Assembly (NCBI GenBank): GCA_963762335.1
Contig: CAVXKU010000019.1
Span: forward strand, 19,765 to 83,764
Length of the DNA: 64,000 nucleotides
Reading direction: 5' to 3'
Source: an uncultured Alphaproteobacteria bacterium
GTDB lineage: Bacteria; Pseudomonadota; Alphaproteobacteria; Rhizobiales; Beijerinckiaceae
The translations under genes were made by a program, and so were the position numbers. The notes beneath the pieces were generated by a model. That model searched no databases. It saw only the letters and a list, made by a program, of their open reading frames with translations, and was not told the DNA's origin. This document shows positions 11,978-22,445 of this stretch, piece by piece (within the stretch, counting starts at the first letter, position 1; every line of letters starts with the position of its first letter).

Positions 11978-13018
11978 CTAAAGAACAAACACTGTCTTCC
12001 AACCCTTCGTCACCGCGGCCGCCACCGACGGGTCTTTGGCGAATTGCTTTTTCGCCTCGCTGACGGTCAATTGGGCGAAAGCCTTGAACTTCATGGTCTT
12101 CGACGCCTTTTTGTTCGTAAGCGCGCCGTACCACACTTTGCCGGCTTTCTCCCAACTATGGCCGCCGATCGCCTTTGCAATAAGACAGAACGCATGGTTC
12201 GGAATGCCACTATTGTCGTGCGGATCGCCATGCGGAATGTAATGCTTGTAGTCGACCGGTTGCGGCGACACGCAATGCTTCGCGCCCGGATCCGCCATGT
12301 CGCGCAGACAGGTATAACCCTTCTGCTTCGCGGCGGGCCCCATGATCCCGGAGCCGATAAGCCAGTCGGCCTTGTCTACGGTTTGCCCCGCAGACCACTG
12401 CCTGTACATTGAGCCGAACACGTCGGAAATGCTTTCGTTCAAGGCGCCCGGCTCGTCCGTATAAGTAAGGCCCGCGGTGTATTGAGTGACGCCATGAGTA
12501 AGCTCGTGGCCGATAACGTCGTTCGACCCCGTGAAGTCGACGAAGATCTTGCCATCGCCATCGCCGTAGACCATTTGCTGACCGTTCCAGAATGCGTTGT
12601 CGTAATTCTTCCCGTAGTGGACGGACGAGACCAGGGTCTTGCCCTTGCCATCCACCGAGTCCCGGCCGAAACAATCGTGGTAGAATTTCGCCACGCCGTT
12701 GGCCTCATTGAAAGCATTCTTGACCGAGTGATCCGAGGACGCTTTCGGGTTGGCCACAGGGGTTCCAGGCAGGTTTTCCGCGTGGTTGCAGTTGTAAGCG
12801 GTCGCGTCCGGTATAGCGGCGAGCGCGGTGTGAACCCTTGTCTCCTGCTGATGCGCCTTGGAGGCGGCACCGTGCGCCGTCCGCAATTTTCGCCAAATCG
12901 CCTCAAGACGATCCGTATTCGCGATCGCCTCTCGGGCCTCTGAACCGAGCGTCGGGTCAGACTTCAAGCGCTCAAGCACCGACGGCGGAATAATGAAGCA
13001 TCCACAAGCCAGCCGCAT
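11978..13018 (-). CDS. Protealysin-like M4 metalloprotease
   Basis: CFIIPP short-propeptide motif, YDNAFWNG, GHELTHGV, GALNESISD, H.NSGIPN; no signal peptide; RBS upstream of 13018. Confidence 0.93.
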   Translation of the reverse strand: MRLACGCFIIPPSVLERLKSDPTLGSEAREAIANTDRLEAIWRKLRTAHGAASKAHQQETRVHTALAAIPDATAYNCNHAENLPGTPVANPKASSDHSVKNAFNEANGVAKFYHDCFGRDSVDGKGKTLVSSVHYGKNYDNAFWNGQQMVYGDGDGKIFVDFTGSNDVIGHELTHGVTQYTAGLTYTDEPGALNESISDVFGSMYRQWSAGQTVDKADWLIGSGIMGPAAKQKGYTCLRDMADPGAKHCVSPQPVDYKHYIPHGDPHDNSGIPNHAFCLIAKAIGGHSWEKAGKVWYGALTNKKASKTMKFKAFAQLTVSEAKKQFAKDPSVAAAVTKGWKTVFVL

Positions 13019-13134
13019 CTCACCCTCCCTCTTTTTTGCCACATGACCCTTCGGTCTGCGCAAGCGCCTCGAAGCGCTTGGGCCCCGACAGTCGCGGTGC
13101 TAGACGGAAAGACGCCGCTCCGCTGTGATCGCCG

Positions 13135-13464
13135 TCACTGCTTGCGCGCTTTCGCCTTCGGCCCTGCGTGGCGCCAGGCCATTTCCAGCGCCGCCGTGAG
13201 TTCGGCTTCGCTTAGAGCCGCGAGCGTCGCCCGCGTCCAACCCCGCCGGCCCCATGCATTGTCGAGCGGCGCGAAGGCGTCGGGCGCGACCGCGCATTTG
13301 AGCGCCTGCTCGTCGAGTGCAAATTTGATATTGGCGCTGAGCTCGTCCGGCGCGAGGGTCGCGAAGGTGATGCGCGCCTTGAAGGCGCGGCGGTCGAAAT
13401 GCGGATATTCACCGGCGCCCTCGAAAGAGAGCGCGATGCGGCGGAAATCAGCGGCGTCGACCAT
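13135..13464 (-). CDS. MmcQ/YjbR-family protein
   Basis: DFRRIALSF.GA.E.PHFDRRAFK, WGRRGWT. Confidence 0.85.
   Translation of the reverse strand: MVDAADFRRIALSFEGAGEYPHFDRRAFKARITFATLAPDELSANIKFALDEQALKCAVAPDAFAPLDNAWGRRGWTRATLAALSEAELTAALEMAWRHAGPKAKARKQ
13311..13464 (-). repeat. Direct repeat copy B: mmcQ 5' half, paired with 15131-15286
   Basis: Near-identical ~155 bp starting cgtcgagtgcaaatttgatattggcgctgagctcgtccggcgcgagg. Confidence 0.95.
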
Positions 13465-13593
13465 CGGCGGCGTCTCATCGGCTAGCCTCGCGAGAATAGG
13501 CGCGCGTCGGGCGGACGGCAACGCGGGCCGCGACATCGTACGGAGGCAAGCGACATGCGTAATGTCCCGGCCAGCGAGGGTTACGGTGACAGT

Positions 13594-14748
13594 TTACTCA
13601 ATCCCCGATGGCGCGCCTTGCGCCGGAGAGCGAACGCGCCGCTTGGTTGTTGCCGCCACCCACATCGCCAGCAGCCCGCACAGCAGAAGTGCATAGATCG
13701 GCGGCTCCGGGACGGCAGGCGGCTCCAGGACGGCGGGAGGATGGATGTAGTCGTAGCCGGAGTCGGAGACGAGGGAGAAGTCGCTCTCGCTCAGCGCCAG
13801 CCCCGTGCTGGGATCGATGAACGTCATGGGTCCGAGCGCGAGGGTGTTCTTGAAAGCGACGTACGTTTCCGCCGAACCGCTGAAAGAGCTCACCGTATCA
13901 AAATTGTCCGATGCAGCCAAGCTCCGAACATCCAGGGCGAGTGTGACGGGGATCGGTACGCCGCTGGCCACAGTCTTGTTGATTTCGATCGTCTCAGGAG
14001 GATCGTTGTCTTCGTTTGCGGTAAGCAGGTCAAAACCGCCGTCGAACTGGTGAATTGTATCCCCAAGCACTCCCTTGTTCGGCAGAGCGCCGCAGAGGCT
14101 GCAGACCACGGTCAGCTGACCTTCACTGATAGACGTCACGTAGTCTTCACCAGGGGGATAAGTGCGTGAGAACAGGTAGGTATTCGTATGCGAAAACCCG
14201 CCGTGGAGATGGATGGTGGCGTGCAGGACGACCGGCTTGCCCAGTTTTTTCGGGTCTTTCCAGCCGAAGGTGACGACATCTGAAAAAGAAGCATCGGCCT
14301 CTGTCTCCGGTCCAGCTTGTGCCGGATAGGTCGAGGCCGTCGCCGATGCGAAAGCATCTACACCGAGCGCTCCGATCCCAGCATGTGCGCTTGCAAACAC
14401 ATCTGCGCCCGCCCCACCAAGAGAAAATTGCTTATTGTTGAGTGCGAGCGACACGCTGCTCGACTTGCCGTTCGCGGAAACGGAGGCCGAATCTTGTTCA
14501 TGGATATCGGTTTTGTTGAGTATGGTGCCATCGACTTCGCTGAGCTCGCCGCTAGCGCTATAGGAGGCGGTGGTGACATAGGTGACCGCCGCCAACGCCC
14601 GACCGCTCATTCCGAGCAGGACAACGGCCACAAAGGCGATCGCGCTACACGGGAGCAGGGGAAATTTGGAGAGTGAATGGAACGTCGAGACCGTAGCGTC
14701 GGGCGAAGAGCGCTCATGACCTCGCGATAGTAAGCTTAGAAAGGGCAT
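13594..14748 (-). CDS. PEP-CTERM sorting-domain secreted protein
   Basis: GGAGG RBS before 14748; hydrophobic signal ending RALA; Ser/Ala/Thr-rich body; C-terminal AVPEPPIYALLLCGLLAMWVAATTKRR. Confidence 0.8.
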   Translation of the reverse strand: MPFLSLLSRGHERSSPDATVSTFHSLSKFPLLPCSAIAFVAVVLLGMSGRALAAVTYVTTASYSASGELSEVDGTILNKTDIHEQDSASVSANGKSSSVSLALNNKQFSLGGAGADVFASAHAGIGALGVDAFASATASTYPAQAGPETEADASFSDVVTFGWKDPKKLGKPVVLHATIHLHGGFSHTNTYLFSRTYPPGEDYVTSISEGQLTVVCSLCGALPNKGVLGDTIHQFDGGFDLLTANEDNDPPETIEINKTVASGVPIPVTLALDVRSLAASDNFDTVSSFSGSAETYVAFKNTLALGPMTFIDPSTGLALSESDFSLVSDSGYDYIHPPAVLEPPAVPEPPIYALLLCGLLAMWVAATTKRRVRSPAQGAPSGIE

Positions 14749-15130
14749 TCCGACCTCCAATACAAGATCGATTCCCTGCCGCAGCCAGTCTGCTACGACG
14801 CTGTGCGGGCCCGCCTGCGCCGACACCGCCGTCGCTGGCAGCAACGCCGCCGTGACGAGAGTTCTGAAATACACCCCGACCGGTTGCAGGCGACAGCCTG
14901 TCTGCGCCCAACGCCCCCCAACGTAAGAATTCGATATTCGCGAGATGACAGCTTGATCCCGGCTACCGCTAGGCCGATGGCGAGACTTCGACAAGAATGA
15001 AATCTCGTTGAGACACCGCCGCGGTTTGTAGATCGGCTTCGGAATGACAGTGATGAGGCGGACGGCGCCCGAGCGGCGTCAAGTGAGCCAAGATGGGATT
15101 ACTGGGGACTACTCAGTCCCTGCCGAGCGC

Positions 15131-15286
15131 CGTCGAGTGCAAATTTGATATTGGCGCTGAGCTCGTCCGGCGCGAGGCGTCGCGAAGGTGATCGCGCGCC
15201 TTGAAGGCGCGGCGGTCGAAATGCGGATATTCGCCAGCGCCCTCGAACGAGAGCGCGATGCGGCGGAAATCAGCGGCGTTGGCCAT
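15131..15286 (-). pseudogene. Truncated mmcQ/yjbR 5' half (direct repeat copy A)
   Basis: Reads MANAADFRRIALSFEGAGEYPHFDRRAFKAR; similarity to 13135-13464 ends at about 15131. Confidence 0.9.
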
Positions 15287-15354
15287 TGCGAGCTCCGGCT
15301 TCTCGGACGAACGCCATGCTATGAGCCGGCGCGGGTTTTTTTGAAGGCGCGGGA

Positions 15355-16557
15355 ATGAAGGCGGAGACCAGTGCGATCGTCGTTGGCGCGGGGCCGGCCG
15401 GGTTGATGGCGGCGGAGACGATGGCGCTCGCCGGGCTAAGCGTCGTGATCCACGACGCCAGTCCGAGTCCGGCGCGCAAATTCCTGCTCGCGGGACGAGG
15501 CGGCCTCAATCTGACCCATTCGGAGCCGCTTCAGACTTTTCTTGAGCATTACGGGCCAGCCGCCGACAGGCTTCTTCCGGCGATTGAAGCCTTCCCGCCG
15601 GACAGGCTTCGCGGCTGGGCCGCAGAGCTCGGCGAAGAGACGTTCATCGGCTCAAGCGGGCGCGTCTTTCCGAAGAGCTTCAAGGCGACGCCGCTCCTTC
15701 GCGCGTGGCTGCGACGCCTCGGCGAGCTTGGCGTCGACTTTGTTCCACGCTCTCGCTTTCTCGGCTTTGAGCCGGACGGAGCGCTTCGTTTCATGGCGCC
15801 GTCGGGCGAGCAGAGCGTTCAGGCGGCGCCGGTCGTTTTCGCGCTCGGCGGGGCCTCGTGGCCGCGCCTCGGGTCGGACGGCTTTTGGGTCGAGGCTTTT
15901 CGCGCTGAGGGAATCGCGGTTGCGCCGCTGAGGCCCGCCAATTGCGGCTTCCTCGTCGACTGGTCGCCGAAGATACGGGAAAGCTTCGCCGGCGCGCCGC
16001 TCAAAAATGTAGCGCTTTCTCACGCAGGGATGCGCGTTCGCGGCGAGGCGATGGTCACGAGCGCCGGCCTCGAAGGCGGCGCGATCTACGCGCTCTCCGC
16101 CTCACTTCGGGAAGCGATCGCAACCCATGGATCGGCGACGATAACGATCGACTTCAAGCCCGACCTCAGTGAAGCCGCGCTTGCCGCGCGGCTGAAGCGC
16201 AAGCCCGGCCAATCCCTGTCCACGCTCCTGCGCAAAGGCGCCGGCCTTACGCCTGCCGCGATCAACATCCTGCGCGAAGCGGGACCTCTTCCCGAAGGCG
16301 AGGCGCTCGCCAGGCATGTCAAGACCTGCGCCCTTCGTCTCGTCGGAACCGCTTCGATCGCCCGGGCGATCTCGACCGCCGGCGGCGTCTCGTGGAGCGA
16401 GATCGACGAGAACTTCATGCTGAGGAAGCGCCCGGGAGTCTTCGTTGCCGGCGAGATGATCGACTGGGAGGCCCCGACCGGCGGCTATCTGTTACAGGCC
16501 GCATTCGCGACCGGCGCGGCGGCTGGCCGCGCTGCGGCGCGTTGGGCGAGCAAATAG
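15355..16557 (+). CDS. HI0933/BaiN-family flavoprotein (TIGR03862-like)
   Basis: [45 protein letters not shown]. Confidence 0.92.
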   Translation: MKAETSAIVVGAGPAGLMAAETMALAGLSVVIHDASPSPARKFLLAGRGGLNLTHSEPLQTFLEHYGPAADRLLPAIEAFPPDRLRGWAAELGEETFIGSSGRVFPKSFKATPLLRAWLRRLGELGVDFVPRSRFLGFEPDGALRFMAPSGEQSVQAAPVVFALGGASWPRLGSDGFWVEAFRAEGIAVAPLRPANCGFLVDWSPKIRESFAGAPLKNVALSHAGMRVRGEAMVTSAGLEGGAIYALSASLREAIATHGSATITIDFKPDLSEAALAARLKRKPGQSLSTLLRKGAGLTPAAINILREAGPLPEGEALARHVKTCALRLVGTASIARAISTAGGVSWSEIDENFMLRKRPGVFVAGEMIDWEAPTGGYLLQAAFATGAAAGRAAARWASK

Positions 16558-16622
16558 GGGCGCGGGTTCGATGCAGCCTCAGTTTCAGGCGTAACAGGCG
16601 CGCCGAGGGAGGCGAGGGAGGA

Positions 16623-17924
16623 ATGCCGATGCACGAGACAAGGCTCGACAGAATCAAGACAATTCTGCGCGTCACCAGCGGCAATTTCCTCGAAATGTAT
16701 GACTTCTTTCTGTTCGGCATTTACGCCCGACAGATCGGACAGACCTTCTTCCCGAGCGACGACCCTTACGCCTCGCTGATGGCGACTTTCTTGAGTTTCG
16801 CGGCGGGGTTCGCGATGCGCCCGATCGGCGCGCTGGCGCTGGGGCCGTACATCGACCGCATCGGCCGGCGCAAAGGCCTCATTCTCACGCTTTCGATCAT
16901 GGCCTGCGGCACCATTCTTATCGCCTTCGTGCCGGGCTACGCGACCATCGGGGTGCTCGCGCCGATGCTGGTGGTGCTGGGGCGGCTCCTGCAGGGATTC
17001 TCGGCCGGCGTCGAACTCGGCGGCGTCTCGGTTTATCTGTCGGAGATGGCGACGCCCGGGAACAAGGGCTTCACTGTCTCCTGGCAATCGGCAAGCCAGC
17101 AGGTCGCGGTCGTGTTCGCCGCGCTGCTCGGCTACGCGATCTCCAACTGGATGGCGCCGGAAGCGGCCTCGAGCTGGGGATGGCGCATCCCGTTCTTCAT
17201 CGGCTGCGCCATCGTGCCGTTCCTGTACATGATCCGGCGCAAGCTCGAGGAAACGCCGGAATTCGCGGCGCGAAAAGTTCACCCGACAATCGCGCAGATC
17301 TTCGCGACGCTGGCCGACAATTGGCGCCTCGTGCTCGGCGGCGTGGCTTTGGTGATGATGACGACGGTGTCGTTCTATCTCATCACCGTCTACACGCCGA
17401 CCTTCGGCAGGAGCGTGCTCAAGCTCACGGAGTCCGACGCGCTCCTGGTGACAATGGCGGTCGCGGCGTCGAATTTTTTCTGGCTTCCGGTCTCGGGCGC
17501 TCTGTCGGATCGGATCGGCCGCAAGCCGATCCTCGTCGCCTTCGCCATGCTCGCCCTTCTGACCGCCTATCCGGCGCTGACCTGGCTGGTGAGGGCACCG
17601 ACCTTCGATCGGATGCTGGCGGTCGAGCTTTGGCTCTCCTTCATTTACGCCTGCTACAACGGCGCGATGGTGGTGGCGCTGACCGAGGTGATCCCGGCTT
17701 CGGTGCGCACGTCGGGCTTTTCGCTTGCCTATAGCCTCGCGACAACGCTCGGCGGCTCGTCGCTCCTCATCTCGACCTGGCTCATCGCCCACACCGGCGA
17801 CAAGGCCGCGCCCGGCTATTGGATGAGCTTCGCGGCTTTGTGCGGCCTGATCGCGACGCTGGCGCTCTATCGCCGGCCGGCAGGCGGGGTCGAGTATCTC
17901 GCGCCCGGCGCGGCTGGGGGCTGA
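16623..17924 (+). CDS. MFS tricarboxylate/citrate:H+ symporter (CitA/TcuC-like)
   Basis: [34 protein letters not shown], about 12 TM segments. Confidence 0.9.
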   Translation: MPMHETRLDRIKTILRVTSGNFLEMYDFFLFGIYARQIGQTFFPSDDPYASLMATFLSFAAGFAMRPIGALALGPYIDRIGRRKGLILTLSIMACGTILIAFVPGYATIGVLAPMLVVLGRLLQGFSAGVELGGVSVYLSEMATPGNKGFTVSWQSASQQVAVVFAALLGYAISNWMAPEAASSWGWRIPFFIGCAIVPFLYMIRRKLEETPEFAARKVHPTIAQIFATLADNWRLVLGGVALVMMTTVSFYLITVYTPTFGRSVLKLTESDALLVTMAVAASNFFWLPVSGALSDRIGRKPILVAFAMLALLTAYPALTWLVRAPTFDRMLAVELWLSFIYACYNGAMVVALTEVIPASVRTSGFSLAYSLATTLGGSSLLISTWLIAHTGDKAAPGYWMSFAALCGLIATLALYRRPAGGVEYLAPGAAGG

Positions 17925-18049
17925 GCTAGCTTCGGCCGAGCAGGGGCGCGCTTGGCCTTAAGCGAAACAAAAGACCTCCTTTTGCGTTTTCGCGGTTACG
18001 CACTCGTGGCGCGGGTCCGCGCCGGAGCGACGAGAAGAGGAGTTCCCCA

Positions 18050-18421
18050 ATGCAAGCGACCTGGAAGCCTCACGAGGCGCATGGCGAGCTTACAGCCAAG
18101 GCCGGATTGCCCGACTCGGTCTTCGCATTTCCGAGCCAGCGCAAAGAGCCGCTGACCGACGCGAAGCATGTTCGCAACGCCGTCGCGCGGTTCGATCAGG
18201 TGATCGACGTCTCCGACGATGACCGCGCCTTGGCCTTCGCCAACATCAAGAAGGCCGCCGGACACTATGACGTCGAGCTCACGGAAACGTCATGGCGCGA
18301 CCTCGGCGCTCATCCACAAGCCCATCGCAAGGAAGCAGCCGCCAAGGCCGTCAAGACCAAACGCAAGCGCGAGGCGCCCACTGGGGCTAAGACGAAAGCC
18401 GCCGCAACACACAAGCGCTAG
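18050..18421 (+). CDS. DUF6582-like small protein with basic C-terminal tail
   Basis: LPDSVFAFP..RKEPL.DA.HVRNA.ARF.QV motif; GAGGAG RBS. Confidence 0.65.
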   Translation: MQATWKPHEAHGELTAKAGLPDSVFAFPSQRKEPLTDAKHVRNAVARFDQVIDVSDDDRALAFANIKKAAGHYDVELTETSWRDLGAHPQAHRKEAAAKAVKTKRKREAPTGAKTKAAATHKR

Positions 18422-18454
18422 CGCAGAACCGCAGGCTAGCGAACAGGCGTCCGT

Positions 18455-18928
18455 TCAAGACCCCATTTTTTTCTTCAGCCGATAGGCGAAGGCCACCGAT
18501 AGCGCTTGCACCCTGCCCTGCAAGGCCTGCTCCGGCAGAGCCTGATCGGTCGGGGTCGGCCAATAGGTCGAGATCGCGCGAACGTTTATCGTCCTGCCGC
18601 CTAATGTGGCGACCCCTCTCATCCGGTCGGGGTCGCCCGGTCCGCCGTTGCCCAGATAGAGCGTGTCGACGCGCACATGAAGTCCGCCAGCCGCCCCCGG
18701 CCCGAGAATCCGGGCAAGAGCGCCTGGCAGGGACTGCTGCACCCAACCCGCGGTCGGATTGCCGACATAGGCCACCAGCGGCGTCGTATCGACATCGAAC
18801 GCGCTCGCGCCTGGGGCAGCCGTCGGCTGAATCCCGTTGGAGCTCGTGTTGCAGCCGCTCACCCCCCCTGCAGCAAAGGCGGCAAGACCGACCAGCGCGG
18901 CGCGGCGCGTCAAAATATGCCCCAGCAT
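18455..18928 (-). CDS. Hypothetical lipoprotein, possibly Tat-exported
   Basis: LTRRAALVGLAAFAAGGVSGC twin-Arg plus lipobox; GGAGG RBS. Confidence 0.65.
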   Translation of the reverse strand: MLGHILTRRAALVGLAAFAAGGVSGCNTSSNGIQPTAAPGASAFDVDTTPLVAYVGNPTAGWVQQSLPGALARILGPGAAGGLHVRVDTLYLGNGGPGDPDRMRGVATLGGRTINVRAISTYWPTPTDQALPEQALQGRVQALSVAFAYRLKKKMGS

Positions 18929-19110
18929 AAAACCTCCCCTCAGCAAGCGCGCCCCTATCGAGGCGGGTCTCAACGAAAACCGCGGCGGCGAACCGGGGCG
19001 ATTTGCTCAACACTCTTCCGTACATCGATTGGCGAACGGCGCCAATGCAGCGGTCGGGCAGCTCGCTCGCCAGCCTGTCGGCTTAAACGCAAGGTGAGGG
19101 AAAAAGGATC

Positions 19111-19355
19111 ATGACCGCAACCAGCCAGGAGTTGCAGGTAACCCAGCACTCGGGCCGTCTGCGCGGTAAGGCCGCGATCATGACTGGCGCCCGTGGCATC
19201 GGACGCGCCACGGCGGTCGCCTTCGCCCGCGAGGGCGCCGACGTGATGGGTATCGACATGGACGGACCCATCAGTTCGACGCTCGAAGTCGCGCCCGCGA
19301 CCCCGGGGAATTGGCGGAAACCGGGCGAATGGTCGAGGCCGCTGGGGCGAGCAGA
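19111..19355 (+). pseudogene. Truncated SDR N-terminus resembling mycofactocin-associated SDRs
   Basis: GKAAIMTGARGIGRATAVAFAREGADV...ATP/GELAETGRMVEAAG, then no catalytic YxxxK half before the convergent gene. Confidence 0.75.
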
Positions 19356-19439
19356 TCATGCGGCTGCTGCCTGGTCTCAAGCTGTGCTGACCGACAACTT
19401 CTCCCTATTGTGGGGAGAGATCCCGAAAGGGGCGGGGGA

Positions 19440-19958
19440 TCACTTTCTGGACGTGAGGTTTGCCCCCGTGGCCTGCGGGCGTATTTTCCAGTGGACTTTT
19501 TCGCTGACGATCCCTCTGGACATCTTGTCGTCCGCCTTAACCGGGAACTTCAGAACGGTCCATTCGCCGGTCCCGGAGATGCCCGCGAACTTTCCAGTCC
19601 CCGCCACCAACGTCTCGATCCCGCCCTCGGCGGTCTTGCGTTCATAAGACGCCATGATCTCATCGCCGTCGTTGTCGGTGAAGGTGCAGGCGCCGTGCTC
19701 CTCGCGGGCCTTACCGGCGACGTCGTAAATCCCGAGGCAACGCATCCCCATGTCGGTCGCGGCGTCGCCCTGGACGTTTTGGTGAACGCCGCTGACCTCA
19801 TAGGTTCCGAGCGTTCGTTCTCCAACCTTCATGCTGTTTAAGGTTGTTACCAACCACGTATTCGTAAAGCTGTCGGTCCCCTCTTTTGGCGTCTCTCCCG
19901 CCAGGACCGTGATGGGCGCCAACAGCAGTGCTATCATGGAGAGCAATAGTCGCGGCAT
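19440..19958 (-). CDS. Hypothetical secreted beta-barrel-like protein
   Basis: AAGGAGG RBS, signal peptide, C.G....G.C.FTD.DGD and GTGKFAGISG motifs. Confidence 0.7.
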   Translation of the reverse strand: MPRLLLSMIALLLAPITVLAGETPKEGTDSFTNTWLVTTLNSMKVGERTLGTYEVSGVHQNVQGDAATDMGMRCLGIYDVAGKAREEHGACTFTDNDGDEIMASYERKTAEGGIETLVAGTGKFAGISGTGEWTVLKFPVKADDKMSRGIVSEKVHWKIRPQATGANLTSRK

Positions 19959-20159
19959 CGCTTCCTCCTTTTACGGAGCAAAGGCTTCGCACCTGACATT
20001 GGTTGCTTGTACGCTCATTTCCGCGGATCGCGCTGTGATGGAGATCACACCCCGCGGCCGAGCGAATCGGCCCGCGCTCGCTGCGATAGCTCACTACCGC
20101 CACCCAGGCGTTCAAACCGTCCCTCCTGGCGATCCCCGGCTTGGCTGTTTCGCCGCGCT

Positions 20160-21142
20160 CTACCCGGTCTTCCCCCACTTGCCGCTCCAGGGCGTCTCGG
20201 CACCGGCGTGAGCGGCGGCTTGCCGTCGGCCCAGGCAAGCAGGTTCGAGACCACGCATTCGGCCATCGCCCGGCGCGTTCTGACCGACGCCGAGCCGACA
20301 TGTGGCAGGAGCACCACGTTATCGAGCGCGATCAGCTCTTGGGGCACGTTGGGCTCGTTATCGAACACGTCGAGACCTGCGGCCAGGATCGTCTTGTTCC
20401 GCAACGCCTCGATCAACGCTTTCTCGTCGACAAGCGAACCGCGCGCGACATTGATCAAGACGCCGTCGGGACCGAGCGCCTTCAGCACTTCCGCATTGAT
20501 GATGTGGCGTGTCGCAGGACCGCCGGGCGCGATCACGATGAGAATATCGACAGCCTTCGCCATCTCAACGAGCGAGGAATAGTAGCGATAGGGAACGTCG
20601 GCCTGGGCGTGGCGGGCATGATAGGCGATGTCGAGCCCGAACGCGCTGACGCGCTTGGCGATCGCCTTGCCGATGCGCCCCAGCCCGAAAATGCCGACCG
20701 TGCGGCCTCGGAGCGAAGGGCTGAGCGGGAAGCCGCCTTTCGCCGCCCATTGCCCGGCGCGCAGATATCGTTCCGACTGCGACAATTGGCGCACGGTCAT
20801 AATCGTAAGGCCGAGCGCCGTGTCGGCGACCTCGTCGTCGAGAACGCCGGGGGTGTTGGTGACGGTCACGCCAAGCCGAGCCGCGGCCTTCGCGTCGATA
20901 TTGTCGTAGCCGACGCCGAAGCTGGAGACGATCTCGAGATCGGGAAACCGGCGCATGAAGGCTTCATCGAGGGGCGCGTGCGCGCCGGCCATGGCGATGG
21001 CGCGGATCCGGGGCGCCCATTCGGCAAGCCAAAGGTCGGGATTGGGCTCGAGCCACAGCCGATGCAGCGGGACCCGCGCACTGAGCTGTTCTTCGATTAT
21101 ATCCATGCCTTTTGCGGGCATCAGCACATCAACTGACTTCAT
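20160..21142 (-). CDS. D-2-hydroxyacid dehydrogenase; indel near the 3' end
   Basis: FGVGYD, NTPGVL, GLGRIG, INVARGS, LDVF..EP, LPHVGS; corrected end PETPWSGKWGKTG*. Confidence 0.92.
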
Positions 21143-21203
21143 CGGCGCCGCTCCTGCCTTTCCCACTTTCGCATAGCCACTGGACGTGGCACACGCCGCG
21201 CGT

Positions 21204-22371
21204 ATGACCAGCCTTGAAGGCGTCCCCCAAGCTCGACGGCGACCGCGGGTGCGGCGCATCATGCTCAACGATTTTCGTTCTTATCCCGCCCTCGATCTCG
21301 CCGTTCGAGGCGGTCTTGTCGTCCTATGCGGCGAGAACGGCGCGGGCAAGACCAATCTGCTCGAAGCTTTGTCTCTATTTGCTCCCGGACGCGGATTGCG
21401 CCGAGCGGAACTCGCGGAATGCGCCCGTGTCGGCGGCGCCGACGGCTTTGCCTTGTCGATCGAAGTCGAGGAGGACGGCGAGACGCATCAGCTGGGCTCC
21501 GGCTGGAAGCGCGGAAAAAACGACGGACGCGGAGCGGGTGAACCGCATCGACCGGGCTGCGGTCGCGTCTTCGCGCGCATTCTGCGACCATGTGCGTCTC
21601 GTCTGGCTGACGCCCGCGATGGATTCGCTGTTCGCCGGGTCAGCAAGCGAGCGGCGCCGTTTTCTCGATCGCTTCGTGCTGGCGATCGACCCCAGTCATG
21701 GCGCGCGGGTCGGGCAGTTCGAGCGGGCGCTGCGCGGACGCAACCGGCTCCTGGAAGAGGGCGGACGCAACGCCGCGTGGCTCGACGCGATCGAGCGCGA
21801 AGCGGCTCAGCTTGGCGTCGCGGTCGCCGCGGCGCGGCTCGATTGCGTGCGCCGGCTCGCAGCGCTTATCGACGCCGAACGAGACGACTCATCGCCCTTT
21901 CCCTGGGCGAAGCTTGCGCTTCAAGGCGAGATCGAGGCCATGACCGAAAGCGGACCGGCGCTGGCGGCGGAAGACCGCTACCGTGAGACCTTGCGCGACA
22001 ATCGGGGCCGCGACGCCGCCGCCGGCCGCACGCTGATCGGGCCACACCTTTCCGATCTTCTGGTCTGGCATGGGCCCAAGCAGGCGCCGGCCGCTGCGTC
22101 TTCGACCGGCGAGCAGAAAGCGCTGATCGTCGGGCTTGCGCTCGCCCATGCGCGCCTGGTCGCCGAGATGTCGGGCATCGCGCCGCTCGCGCTCTTCGAC
22201 GAGATCGCGGCTCATTTCGATCCACGCCGCCGCGCCGCGCTCTACGACGCGCTCGCGCGCCTCGGCGGCCAGGTGTTCCTCACCGGCGCCGATCCCGCAA
22301 TGTTCGCAGAACTTAAGGACCGAGCGGAGATGTTCGAGGTTTCGGCAGAGAGGGGGGTACGGCCGGCGTGA
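21204..22371 (+). CDS. recF: DNA replication/repair protein RecF; frameshift near 21515
   Basis: [44 protein letters not shown]. Confidence 0.93.
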
Positions 22372-22385
22372 CGCCTGACAGACAG

Positions 22386-22445
22386 GCCGTCCTTCCGGAC
22401 GCCCATAGCCCGTCGAGAAACGGGCGTCCTTCCGGACGCCCTATG
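22386..22445. repeat. REP-like double-hairpin element (CATAGCCCGTC...GACGCCCTATG family) overlapping the yqgE stop codon
   Basis: ccatagcccgtcgagaaacgggcgtccttccggacgccctatg plus a partial upstream copy; same family as 32109-32151 on the opposite strand. Confidence 0.75.

Noticed and set aside
14749-14994. N-terminal extension of the 466-aa PEP-CTERM ORF
   Set aside because: A good RBS and ATG at 14748 and a downstream signal peptide make the extension unlikely; it may be a gene remnant but I cannot identify it.
21204-22371. recF located away from dnaA-dnaN-gyrB
   Set aside because: From recall this dispersal is common in Alphaproteobacteria, so it is not unusual.
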